From: a virus
Length of the DNA stretch: 64,000 nucleotides
Virus record (IMG/VR): IMGVR_UViG_3300032092_000021
Coordinates: 11,392-75,391 of that record
Direction: 5' to 3' (one strand)
Part shown: piece by piece, positions 29,006-39,500 of the stretch
How the letters are laid out: every line of letters starts with the position of its first letter
How positions within the stretch are numbered: position 1 is the first letter of the stretch
The notes under the pieces: generated by a model
What the model was told of the DNA's origin: nothing
Seen by the model: only the letters and a program-made list of their open reading frames with translations
Database searches by the model: none
Program-made: the position numbers and the translations under genes

Positions 29006-29035
29006 AAAGAGCCTTGGGTAAAACCAAGGCTTTTT
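29006..29035 (+). terminator. rho-independent terminator closing the appendage operon
   Basis: AAAGAGCCTTGG-GTAAAA-CCAAGGCTTTTT. Confidence 0.85.
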
Positions 29036-29080
29036 GGTATATTTGTTTTTATAATCGACTAAAATTTACTAAATTATATT

Positions 29081-29674
29081 ATGATGAGGAACTTTAGAAA
29101 ACCGGATCTTGGAGCTCCTAGATTTAGACCAAAAGCTTTCAATGTTTTAAACAAAGAACTCTGGAAAGAATTTAAGGAGAAGCATCCGAAGTATAAGGAT
29201 CTTACTTATATGGAATTCAAGAAGATTATAAAACTAAGTAACCAGAAGTTTTGGGAAAAAGTAATCTCTTATAGAGATGGTGTTGAGTTACCCGAGAGTC
29301 TAGGTTTTATTTTTATAGGTACGTGTACATCTCAGAACTCTAAAAGAAAAAACATAAACTACGGCAAATCAATTAAGTACGGCTTTGAGGTAAGCAATAA
29401 CAATCTTATTTCTGACGGAAAGCTAGCTAAGATTTTTTACACAAACTACGCGGTTAAGTATAAAGTTAGAGATAGAGAAATTTGGACGTTTACCCCGTGT
29501 AGATCTTTTAAGAGACAGGTTGCTAAGACATACCCAGAAAACTGGGAAAAGTATATTGAGGTTCCGGATAATCTTAAGATATCCAGATTGTATAATGAAC
29601 TGATTTCTAAAGACATAGAAAAGAAAGAAGTCTCATCAGCAATTGTAAACTATAACGAATTTGATTTAAGCTAA
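29081..29674 (+). CDS. basic IHF/HU-like protein of the crAss-like tail module
   Basis: Helix followed by GVELPESLGFIFIG (HU-like beta arm); located before the tail ring genes. Confidence 0.5.
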   Translation: MMRNFRKPDLGAPRFRPKAFNVLNKELWKEFKEKHPKYKDLTYMEFKKIIKLSNQKFWEKVISYRDGVELPESLGFIFIGTCTSQNSKRKNINYGKSIKYGFEVSNNNLISDGKLAKIFYTNYAVKYKVRDREIWTFTPCRSFKRQVAKTYPENWEKYIEVPDNLKISRLYNELISKDIEKKEVSSAIVNYNEFDLS

Positions 29675-30348
29675 TGACTACAATAGGAGAAAGCATATCA
29701 AGAGTTAGAAACTTGGTAAAAGCAGCAAAGCAAGATGCTTTTATGACTGATAGATTTATCTACAGTCTGATTGTAAAGTATGCTAAGTTGTTGATTAAGA
29801 GACAAGACGCTCTTAATGTAAGACTTAAGTTTGCAAGTCTTTTTAGAACTCTTCCTTGTGTAGAGCTAATAGAGACGGATAGAGTAGAAGCTTGCTGCGG
29901 CAGTTTACCGGACACCTGTAAAGTAATGCGTACCAGGGAAAAGATTCCTGCACCCTTTGAGGGAGCTTATGGTGCTTTTATTAGAACTGTGTCATCCATA
30001 GACGGATCGGTTGAGGTTTATAGAACCCAACCTGCTCAATTTACATCTATGACCAAGACTACCGCTTTTAAGTACAACAAGCAGAAGTACTACTGGTACA
30101 TGAACGGTTATCTGTATTTGCCTAACATTGAATGGGAAAGCGTTTTGCTAGAAGGAATCTTTGAAGAAGACATTGCGATATTTACATGTGCTTCTAACGG
30201 AATCTGTAAGATTCGTCAAGATGAAGTGTTAGGTATACCAGATGATCTCTTTGCTGAAGTAGAGCAAAATGTAATAGCACAACTTATGGGAACAGTTCAG
30301 ATTCCTAATGATACTAACAACTCTGACAAACAAAACATTCTAAGATAA
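29674..30348 (+). CDS. tail ring / tubular protein
   Basis: 224 aa; TLPCVELIE, Y.Y.NGYLY, EGIFE and C-terminal D..N pattern; synteny. Confidence 0.6.
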   Translation: MTTIGESISRVRNLVKAAKQDAFMTDRFIYSLIVKYAKLLIKRQDALNVRLKFASLFRTLPCVELIETDRVEACCGSLPDTCKVMRTREKIPAPFEGAYGAFIRTVSSIDGSVEVYRTQPAQFTSMTKTTAFKYNKQKYYWYMNGYLYLPNIEWESVLLEGIFEEDIAIFTCASNGICKIRQDEVLGIPDDLFAEVEQNVIAQLMGTVQIPNDTNNSDKQNILR

Positions 30349-31262
30349 TGGATTATAACTATACCCTGAAATACAGGACTTTTGATTCTCTTCTTGAGGA
30401 TGTTAAGATGGATCTCAGAAACTTGTCAGCTGATACAAGTATTGAACCTGCGCAGCTTATCAAAGTAGCACGTAAGTGTAACTATGATCTTGGTCTTAGA
30501 ATTCAAAAAACTAGAGAGACTGTTCTTGAGATAGAGAAAAGCAAAGCTCGTCTTCCTGAAGATTTTCAGATAATGAACTTTGCACTTATCTGCGGTAACT
30601 ATACCGTTGTAGAAGTTCCTCCACAAGGAACTAATGTTCAAGAGATTGTACCTGGATATAGACCTTGGATTGAATCTAATACTTGTTCTGACTGTAATGG
30701 TACTTCACCGGAAACAACTTGTATGACTCAATGTGGCACTGACTATACTCTTGTTCAGATGGTCAATACAGTTAGGAGAGAGTTTAGAACTTTTTCTCCC
30801 ATATCATTTAGAAGTTCTCAGTTTGTAGATGTAGAGTGTCCTAATGCATGTTCACCAAGATGGCATAACAAAGATGAAGCTTATATCAAAGATGGTTGGG
30901 TGTACACCAACTTTGAAGACGGTAATCTATATATTAATTACCAAGCAGATATGGTAGATGATGAGGGTAATATTATTGTACCAGATCATCCTATGCTTAA
31001 TGAGTATTATGAATACTCACTCAAGAAAAGAATTCTTGAGAATCTTGTAATGGATAATGTGAATGTTACAGGACAATACCAACTTATTTCTGCAGAGCAC
31101 AGAGTTGCTAGAAACGCAGCATTCAGTATTGTTAATACTCCTAACTTCTCTGAGATGATGAGGGTGTGGGCGATGAACAGAAAAGCAATGTACTCTAGGT
31201 ACTACAATATGTTTAAGAGCCACTACCATCCTTTTAATTTAAGAGTTAATAACGCTGTTTAA
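30348..31262 (+). CDS. tail tubular protein (P22 gp4-like role)
   Basis: ARLPEDF and YTNFEDG.LYINY....DDEG...VPD motifs; located immediately before the stabilization/muzzle gene. Confidence 0.6.
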   Translation: MDYNYTLKYRTFDSLLEDVKMDLRNLSADTSIEPAQLIKVARKCNYDLGLRIQKTRETVLEIEKSKARLPEDFQIMNFALICGNYTVVEVPPQGTNVQEIVPGYRPWIESNTCSDCNGTSPETTCMTQCGTDYTLVQMVNTVRREFRTFSPISFRSSQFVDVECPNACSPRWHNKDEAYIKDGWVYTNFEDGNLYINYQADMVDDEGNIIVPDHPMLNEYYEYSLKKRILENLVMDNVNVTGQYQLISAEHRVARNAAFSIVNTPNFSEMMRVWAMNRKAMYSRYYNMFKSHYHPFNLRVNNAV

Positions 31263-31264
31263 TT

Positions 31265-34200
31265 ATGGCAAAGAAACAAGGTACAACTCCCGAATCAGGG
31301 ATTAGCTCTAACTCAGGATCTTTTACCAAAGGTCTTGTAAGAGACTTCGATGAAAACTTTGATCCAGAAAGTTCATGGCCTTATGCACGTAACGCTTCAA
31401 ACAATTCTAAAGAGGGTGACGTTGGTGTTTTAGGTAACGAACCATCAAACTCTGCATGTGGAGTTGCTCCCTATACAGTTATTGGTAGAATATTTTTATT
31501 TAATGCTTACTGGGCAATATTTTCTACAAATGATAGCGAGTCTGAAATAGGTGTGTATGATGAGTCGCTCTGTCAATACAGAACTGTAGTTAACCAGAAA
31601 TGTCTAAATTTTAGGAAACTAAAATTGATAACAGGTGTAGCTAAAGAAAACTTTGATTGTCAGTGGGCAGTTTACTTTGCTGATGGTAGAAATCCTGATA
31701 GGTACATAAACTTAGGTAATCCTACATTGTGGCCAGATACAATGTATATGGGTAACAACTACTACCAAAATCAGGTACTGTGGCCAGGTGTACAGTGGGT
31801 AAAAGATTGCAAAGATGTAAACGATTGTACAATTTGTGATCTTGTAAATCAGTTAGATTGTAATCAAATAAGAATTAATAAACTAGTTAAGACCCCTTGT
31901 GTCAGACTTAGCGCTACAGAGGGTGGTGGTAACTTAGCTAATGGTTCATATGTTGCTTTTGTAGCATATCTAGAAAATGGACAGAAGTATAGTGATTATA
32001 CATCTCCTTCTAATGTTCAACCTATTTTTGATCACGATAACTTAGGTGGAGCAATTACTGCTACCATATCCAATCTTGAAAATGAATCATTTACTGAGTT
32101 TGAACTTGTCATAGCAGCAACAGTAAATGGTCAAACTGTAGCTAGAAGAATAGGAATATATGCTTGCGATGACGCTCCTGTGACAGTATATTTAGATAGC
32201 ATTAATGACTCATTGACTACAGTACCTCTTGAGTTACTTCCTATAAGAACACCTCTTTATGAAACAGCAGACTCTATTTTTGAAACAGGTAGTTATCTAC
32301 TTAAGATAGGTCCTCGTACAACATTTGATTTTAACTACCAACCCCTTGCTAACCAAATTCAAGCTAAGTGGTCTATTGTAAGGTACCCTATAAACTATTA
32401 TAAGGATGGTGGTACAAATACCGGTTATATGCGGGATGAGGTTTACTCATTTTTTATCAGATGGATTTATGTAACTGGGGAAAAATCTAGGTCATATCAT
32501 ATTCCCGGAAGAATTGCGGACAGTAAAGATCTTACTGAGTCAATAGGCATCTATCCTACTGAATTAGAGTATGGTTTTGAAAAAGAAAATACCGCATCTG
32601 TAACAAGTACCACTTCATCTACTCTTTCTGATGGAGGTGTTGTAATTGCTGAAGGACAGATGGGTTACTGGGAATCTAGTGAAAAATATCCAGATAGAAA
32701 ACCTGAAATTTGGAATTCTAGCTATGATCCTAAATTGTCTGGTACAAGTCAAACAACATGGGATCTTTGTAACAAACCTATCAGACATCATAAGATGCCT
32801 GAAGATGTTATAAATAATAATGCAAATTATTCTAGAGCTATTACATTAGATGGTTCTGGAAATGTTGTTGCAAATCCTGGTTATACTGGCGCTACTCATT
32901 TGCAAGTAGTTGGTGTCAAGTTCTCAAATGTTAAACCTCCGGTTTATATAGATGATGATGGTAACGCACAAGTTGTTCCGGGTATATCTGGTTACGAAAT
33001 ACTTCGTGGATCTAGAACAGGAAATAAATCTGTTATAGCAAAAGGTATTATAAACAACATGCGTGTCTATAAAGACATCGATGATACTTTAGGTCTTTAT
33101 GCAAACTATCCATATAATCCTGTAAAAAATGCTCCTCAACCATTTGGGTTACCGACAATAGATCCTACTCTATCATTTAAAGAAGTTAATGGTAGTGGTG
33201 GTAATTATGAAGAAGTTACCGAGGCACATGTAAAGAAAAACTTTTTTACATTCCACTCTCCAGATACTAGTTTTTACAAACCATTTCTTTCTGTAAAAGA
33301 ATTAAAAATATATACAGAGTTAGGTAACTCAAAAAATGTAAAAGGAACTTTTGACCCTGTACCAGGACACCCTAAACAAAAGTTAATAACAAATGTTGCG
33401 TCTACTGCAGCTTTACTTCTAGGTATAGCAGAAGCTGTATTTGCAATGAAGGGTGATGAAGAATGGATAGCTGAGGGTAACAGAGCTTTGAATTTAGGTT
33501 TTTATGGTGCTTTTGGTGGAGCTTTAACTGCTAATGTCGGCGCATGGTCTGCACCTTTTGTGGGTCCACAAGCTGGCGCTGCAGTACTTGCTCCTCTTCA
33601 AACTGCAGAACTAGCTGCGCAAATAGGAACCAGTACTGCAGCACAAGCTTCTTTAGGTGGCTTTAGTTCATTGGGTGGTGCTTCTTTGGTTACAGGTAAC
33701 AATGCCCGACTATACAATTTAGGTGCACAGGTAGCAAATGTAGGGTATACTGCAGCAACGGGTGGTTTTATGGGACCAGGTTTAACTAAAGTTCACAAAG
33801 AAGGTACTTTATCTGGTATGCCTACACCGATTGCTGCATTTGCGGCATTACCTACTTTGTACACATTGGCTACTGCTGCTGCAGCTAAGACACTAGATTT
33901 AATTTATGCTTTTGTAAAAGCTCGTAGTTATGTTTATAGATACGCGTCTCATGGGTTTCTTCATAAGGATAATGTACCACCTTCAAATAGAAGACATTAT
34001 ATAAATGATTCAGCTTATTTGAATGAAGGTTTTAACATGTTTGCTAATTTTAAAATTAACAACATTAATAGATTTAAAACTACATTATTAAATACTAATA
34101 CTGATGTACCTGTTCCAGCTATTACAGATAATACAGGTGTCAGTCTATCTAGAAATGTTAGTCCTAGTATTCTTGATACGTCCGATGGTAGAACTAAATA

Positions 34201-36532
34201 TTACTCAGAAGAAATTGTAAGAACTATATCTACCACCGCATCTTGTTTTTACTCAGGAATAAAAATTAGATTTAGAAATCAGTACGGACAACTAGATGCC
34301 ATCAGACAGATTCCATTACCTTGTCCTCAGATTGTAAATAATAATTTAGCAATACCCGCAACTGCTATTACATCAACTCAAACAGGAACAAATATTCCAT
34401 TAGCAGTTACACAATTTAATGTTTCTTATGAAACCGGTGTATTGTTTGGAGGAGATACCTATATAGGTAGATACACAGAAAAGAATACTTTCTTTTATTT
34501 TTATGACTGGTTGTATGGTCAGCCAGATGACACTCCTTTTAACTATAGATCTAAATACTTAGGTTTATATCCAAGATACTGGGCAGACTTTAGCAGATAC
34601 GACATAGATGGTATGATACCTTCTATGCTGCAAAGTTTGAGTAATCCTGGTTCATGGGAAACTCCAAATAATCAAGTAAATCTTGAACAAGAAGCACCTA
34701 CAGGAAGTGGTTTAACAGGACTTGTAGGATTTGTTGCAGGAGCTGTTAGTTCTGTGTTCAGTGGTCTTTTAAGTTTATTTAATCTGGGTGACAATGAAAA
34801 TCAAAATGCTGGAGGCAGTAAATTTAGTTTTAGTATTAGAAGAGGTTTCATGTATCTCTTTAACTCTGGTGTAAGAGATTTTTATGTAGAGTCAGATATT
34901 AATGTGGATCAAAGAGACTGGGGTGAGCTAGATGAGCAAAAACACTTTGAGATTCTTTCTGACCTTAAAAGATTATTTGACACTCGAATTATTAAGTTCG
35001 GTAACTACTATAAGATTGATCCATCTGTTTCATTGTCAAAGCTTTACTACAGTGTAGTATCCTGGGGTAACATGCAGGATAGAGATTACAATCCGATTGT
35101 AGCTGCGCTGTGCTATAAGTATTTACCAAACAGAGTCATCTACTCATTGCCCACAGTACTTGAAGGTAAGAAGGATGGTTGGAGATTATACTTACCAAAC
35201 AACTATAGAGACTTTAAATCTAAGGTTACTGCTATTAGACCTATAGGTAAGAATGGAGCGCTGATGCTTTTTGATAGGGATAGTCCCGTTCAGATTCAGG
35301 GTACCGAAACTCTTGAGTCCGATATGGGAACTAAGATTACAGTAGGTGACGGTGCATTGTTTAATAAACCATTACAGGCACTTATAAACACAGACCAGTC
35401 TTATGAGTACGGATCTTGTCAAGATAAGTTTTCAATTCTAAATACCCCAGCTGGCATCTACTGGGTATCCCAATCCCTAGGAAAAGTATTTACAGTAGGA
35501 AGCGGACTAGAAGAGATATCAGCATCTGGTATGCGTTGGTGGTTTAGTAAGTTTTTACCTTACAGAATACTAGAGGATTTTCCAAATTTTGAAGCTATAG
35601 ACAATCCTGTAATTGGTGTAGGTTGTCAAGCTGTTTATGATAATGACTCTTTGATGATATACTTTAGTAAGAAGGACTATGAACTTAAAAAAGATTTACC
35701 CGCAGGAATTAGTCTTACTTATGTAGGTGGTATAGATTTTCTTTTAAACACAGGGGGTTCTTCCGGAAGACCTAATGCTGCTAAAATTAAATTGGGTGAC
35801 CCTACCTACTTTAATGATGTCTCATGGACAATATCGTATGACCCTAAAGCAAAAGCTTGGGTGTCTTTCCACGATTGGCACCCTACAATGATGATTCCTA
35901 GTAACCAGAATTTTATAACTATCAATGATAATACTTTCTGGAGACATAATGATCGCACAGATAGTTTCTGTAACTACTACGGTAAAGATTACCCTTTTCA
36001 AGTAGAGTATGTAGTAGACACAGGACAAGCAGTAAATACTTTAAAAAGTATAGAATATTTACTTGAATCGTATATTTACGATATAGATGGTATAGATAGA
36101 TTCCAGATCTTAGACTTTAACTTTGACGAGCTTACTGTATATAACTCTGAGCAGGTATCCGGAAAACTTATTCTCAACATGGCACCTAAGGATAATCCTT
36201 TTGCCAGATTGAACTATCCTGCTGTAACTGGTGCAGGGATAAATATCATGTACGAGAAAGTAGAACAGAAGTTTAGAGTAAATCAGTTCTGGGATGTTAC
36301 TGCAGATAGAGGTGAATATAACGTAAACGTACAGAGACCGATATGGTTAACAGGATGGGATGGATACAGAAGAGAGCTTAATCCAGCTAACCTTAACTAT
36401 GCTAAGTCTGTATTTGAAAGAAAGAAGTTTAGACATTACTACAACAACGTTTTGTTTACCAGAAAGGTTTCAGGTAATGCTAAAATGCTAATGAAGATAT
36501 CTAATAATAAGAACTTACTCTCACCAAGATAA
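31265..36532 (+). CDS. tail stabilization / muzzle protein (P22 gp10-like role)
   Basis: 1755 aa; F.KGL..D N-terminus, GYMRDEVYSF, FGGDTYI and WTISY....AWVSFHDW.P motifs typical of crAss-like muzzle proteins. Confidence 0.75.
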   Translation: MAKKQGTTPESGISSNSGSFTKGLVRDFDENFDPESSWPYARNASNNSKEGDVGVLGNEPSNSACGVAPYTVIGRIFLFNAYWAIFSTNDSESEIGVYDESLCQYRTVVNQKCLNFRKLKLITGVAKENFDCQWAVYFADGRNPDRYINLGNPTLWPDTMYMGNNYYQNQVLWPGVQWVKDCKDVNDCTICDLVNQLDCNQIRINKLVKTPCVRLSATEGGGNLANGSYVAFVAYLENGQKYSDYTSPSNVQPIFDHDNLGGAITATISNLENESFTEFELVIAATVNGQTVARRIGIYACDDAPVTVYLDSINDSLTTVPLELLPIRTPLYETADSIFETGSYLLKIGPRTTFDFNYQPLANQIQAKWSIVRYPINYYKDGGTNTGYMRDEVYSFFIRWIYVTGEKSRSYHIPGRIADSKDLTESIGIYPTELEYGFEKENTASVTSTTSSTLSDGGVVIAEGQMGYWESSEKYPDRKPEIWNSSYDPKLSGTSQTTWDLCNKPIRHHKMPEDVINNNANYSRAITLDGSGNVVANPGYTGATHLQVVGVKFSNVKPPVYIDDDGNAQVVPGISGYEILRGSRTGNKSVIAKGIINNMRVYKDIDDTLGLYANYPYNPVKNAPQPFGLPTIDPTLSFKEVNGSGGNYEEVTEAHVKKNFFTFHSPDTSFYKPFLSVKELKIYTELGNSKNVKGTFDPVPGHPKQKLITNVASTAALLLGIAEAVFAMKGDEEWIAEGNRALNLGFYGAFGGALTANVGAWSAPFVGPQAGAAVLAPLQTAELAAQIGTSTAAQASLGGFSSLGGASLVTGNNARLYNLGAQVANVGYTAATGGFMGPGLTKVHKEGTLSGMPTPIAAFAALPTLYTLATAAAAKTLDLIYAFVKARSYVYRYASHGFLHKDNVPPSNRRHYINDSAYLNEGFNMFANFKINNINRFKTTLLNTNTDVPVPAITDNTGVSLSRNVSPSILDTSDGRTKYYSEEIVRTISTTASCFYSGIKIRFRNQYGQLDAIRQIPLPCPQIVNNNLAIPATAITSTQTGTNIPLAVTQFNVSYETGVLFGGDTYIGRYTEKNTFFYFYDWLYGQPDDTPFNYRSKYLGLYPRYWADFSRYDIDGMIPSMLQSLSNPGSWETPNNQVNLEQEAPTGSGLTGLVGFVAGAVSSVFSGLLSLFNLGDNENQNAGGSKFSFSIRRGFMYLFNSGVRDFYVESDINVDQRDWGELDEQKHFEILSDLKRLFDTRIIKFGNYYKIDPSVSLSKLYYSVVSWGNMQDRDYNPIVAALCYKYLPNRVIYSLPTVLEGKKDGWRLYLPNNYRDFKSKVTAIRPIGKNGALMLFDRDSPVQIQGTETLESDMGTKITVGDGALFNKPLQALINTDQSYEYGSCQDKFSILNTPAGIYWVSQSLGKVFTVGSGLEEISASGMRWWFSKFLPYRILEDFPNFEAIDNPVIGVGCQAVYDNDSLMIYFSKKDYELKKDLPAGISLTYVGGIDFLLNTGGSSGRPNAAKIKLGDPTYFNDVSWTISYDPKAKAWVSFHDWHPTMMIPSNQNFITINDNTFWRHNDRTDSFCNYYGKDYPFQVEYVVDTGQAVNTLKSIEYLLESYIYDIDGIDRFQILDFNFDELTVYNSEQVSGKLILNMAPKDNPFARLNYPAVTGAGINIMYEKVEQKFRVNQFWDVTADRGEYNVNVQRPIWLTGWDGYRRELNPANLNYAKSVFERKKFRHYYNNVLFTRKVSGNAKMLMKISNNKNLLSPR

Positions 36533-39500
36533 TGAATTGGCTAGATAAATTTATAGTATCCGAAAGAGGTCAGTGGGATTATCCCGGTTATCCTACAGTA
36601 ATTCCAACTAAAAATGGTAGAATAACAATGGAAGGTGTTCCATATCCTGTAATAGGATTTGTTCCTGGACAACCTCCTGTTATGATGCAACCTGGTAAAA
36701 ATTATAAATTTCCAGGTAACATGGTGTATGAAATACCTGTAACGGAAAATAAGGTTTTTAAAACCAAGGAGGATTTTTATAGAGATCTATTACTACAAAC
36801 AAGAAATAAATACTGGCCAAAAAGAGAAAGTAAACCTTTTGATTTAGGTTTTGATAGTGCGTTACCTAGAGTTGGTCCAGGACCAATTAAAATGCCTACT
36901 ATAAGATCTAGTTATACCGGCATTGCAATGAAGCAAGGTGGACATATACTTCCAGGTAGACTTAAAAACCCAGAAGGTAACTGGGTGTCAGTATATGCTA
37001 ACGGAGGAGACATATCTATCCCAGATTTGTCTAGACCTAATTGGTTAGATAAGTATCAATCTAAAACTACATCTGGTTCTGTTTCTAAATCTGGTCCAAG
37101 AATTGAAAACTTACCGATTCAGAAAGTTGATAACAAACTAGAAATAGCATATGATGGAAGCACTGTATACGTGCGTAAGATAGGTGAAGAGAAATTTACC
37201 ACGCTTAACCCGGAGAAGTCTAAAGCTTTTATTCAAAAGTACCAAGGGTTTATACCACCAACTCTAACTCAGGTTGAGGAACAGAAAAAGAAACAAGCTG
37301 CTTATAATGCAAAGATTGCCAAAGAGAAGAAAGAGTTTGATGAACTTCGCAAGGTAGATACTACTCCTAACCCTAGGGAGAAGGAGATGATGATAGAGCT
37401 TGCTAGAAAAGAAAGAGCAGAGCTAGGTGAAAAAGGTTTTCTTGAACAAGCATGGGACGCCTTACCAAATGCATCTTCTATTACAGATCCTATTAAAAGA
37501 GCATATCATGCTTTACCGGATGTTGGAGATGTATCTAAGGTTGCTAGTGGAATGATGGGTCTACCCGAAGAGCTAGCAAAACAAGGAGTAAGCTATCTTT
37601 GGAATAATTATAAAGTACCTCAGACCGATATTCCAGTTTTAAGGAGTATTGGTGAGCTTACACCAAAAGAGATATACGAAAGTTTTCAAAACAGATATGT
37701 AGAAAAAAACTTTGGTGAAGCAGGTTTGATAGGTGAATCAAATCTTGAAGAGTTTAATGTTCTTGATGAGACATCTGGCACATCTAACATGCAAGAACTA
37801 CCTAAAAGTAGAGCTAAGTACGGACCTCAAAGTTTACCATTAAGAAAAGACAGTAGAGGTAACTTGCTTCCTGCATATCAACCTATTGGTGGAAATGACT
37901 CGTTAGCTAGATTTAGTTACACATTTAACAATGACATTGCTGGTGCTGATAGTTTACCGCCAACCCACTTTGTTACTCCTAAGATAAAAGAGCTTACAGG
38001 AAATCCAGATCGCCCTAGACAATGGGACAATGCATTTGCTGTAGGTGATTTCTTGAGAGACGCAGATATAACTGAGAATCAGTTTTATCATCCCGATAAA
38101 TACTACGTGGGTACCTCTAACAGTGCATTGCGTAATAGTGATCTAGGTATAAAAAGTAATAAACTTATAAGTGCAAGTAATCAGCTAATTAACGATCCTG
38201 AAAAATACTGGGCAGTATATAAGTGGGATCCAAAAAATTCTGAAGCTGCGTGGGTTAGATACATGAAGACTGATGAGATAAAATCTAAAAAAGATGAACT
38301 TGAAAAACAAGGGTGGAGTCTAGATATGCCTGTTTCTGGTCAACACAGATTTGATGACGTAGATTGGGAGGGTAAAGGTTCAGATACAGGATACAAGGCA
38401 GACTCTGAATGGGTACCTCTTAAGAAAGGTGCAAAACAAATAAAGAGTCAGAAAGGTGTAAATCATACCTACATTCCTCAAGGTACAAGTAAGGGTCAAG
38501 ATAAAGGTACTTACAATTTATTCTCGGGAGGTTCTATAACATTTATATGGAAAGATCCAGAGACCAATGAAAGATTAGCTTCAACTTTAGCTGGATCTGT
38601 ATCTGATATGAAAGCATATGGTGAAAAGCTTAAGAAAGAATATGGTTTGAAGGAAGGTGATCTTGAGATTGTTTATCATGATACAGGATCATACTCTGCT
38701 AAACCTGCTGCTAAAGATGGTACCCTATACTACGATCAGTGGAAAAACTACAATGCGTACAACAAGGGTTACTCTGGTGCAGCACTGATAGTACCTACAC
38801 AAGATTGGTTAGAGAACTGGACTCCTAATAAGAAAGAAGGAGGACAACTAGATAAGTATCAATCTAAAGATACAGGTGCTATAAAAAAAGGATGGCATCA
38901 AAAAGTTTATAATGATCCTGATGCATTTGCAAAAGCTAATAAAGCTTTTAACGATAGTCTTAATCTTAGCAAAAGAAGTTACGAGCTTCTTAAGGATATA
39001 GCTCCTAACAGCTCATATAAAAGTAATATTCCCTATGAAGATGTATATTTTACTGCTGATGGACCAGGTGGTTATTTTATAGATAATGTTGACTTTGGTA
39101 GGCAGTTTTTAGGTTTAAATTATTTAACGGATACTAATTTTAGAATACCTGGCACAAAAGAGCAACTTATTTTAGAAGAAGCTTTTTCAAAAAGAATAAA
39201 ACCAATAGGTTTTAATACAACTGACTTTCCAGTACCTATTTATAAATGGCCAACCGAAGAGCCCGTGTATGAAGAACTTAAAAACTTACCTTATCTAGAT
39301 GCGAAACTGGAGCGTCCTGATTTTAAGTTAGATATAGGTAAACCACCGGTAAAGTCTCAGGGTATTAGAATTAGACCTATGATGACTGCCGATCAAACTA
39401 CCAGTACTGGTCAGTATCAATCCGGTAAGTATATGTGGGATCCAGAAACAAAATCCTGGAAAGTCAAAATGCTAAGTCCTGAAACTCAACAAGAAAACAG

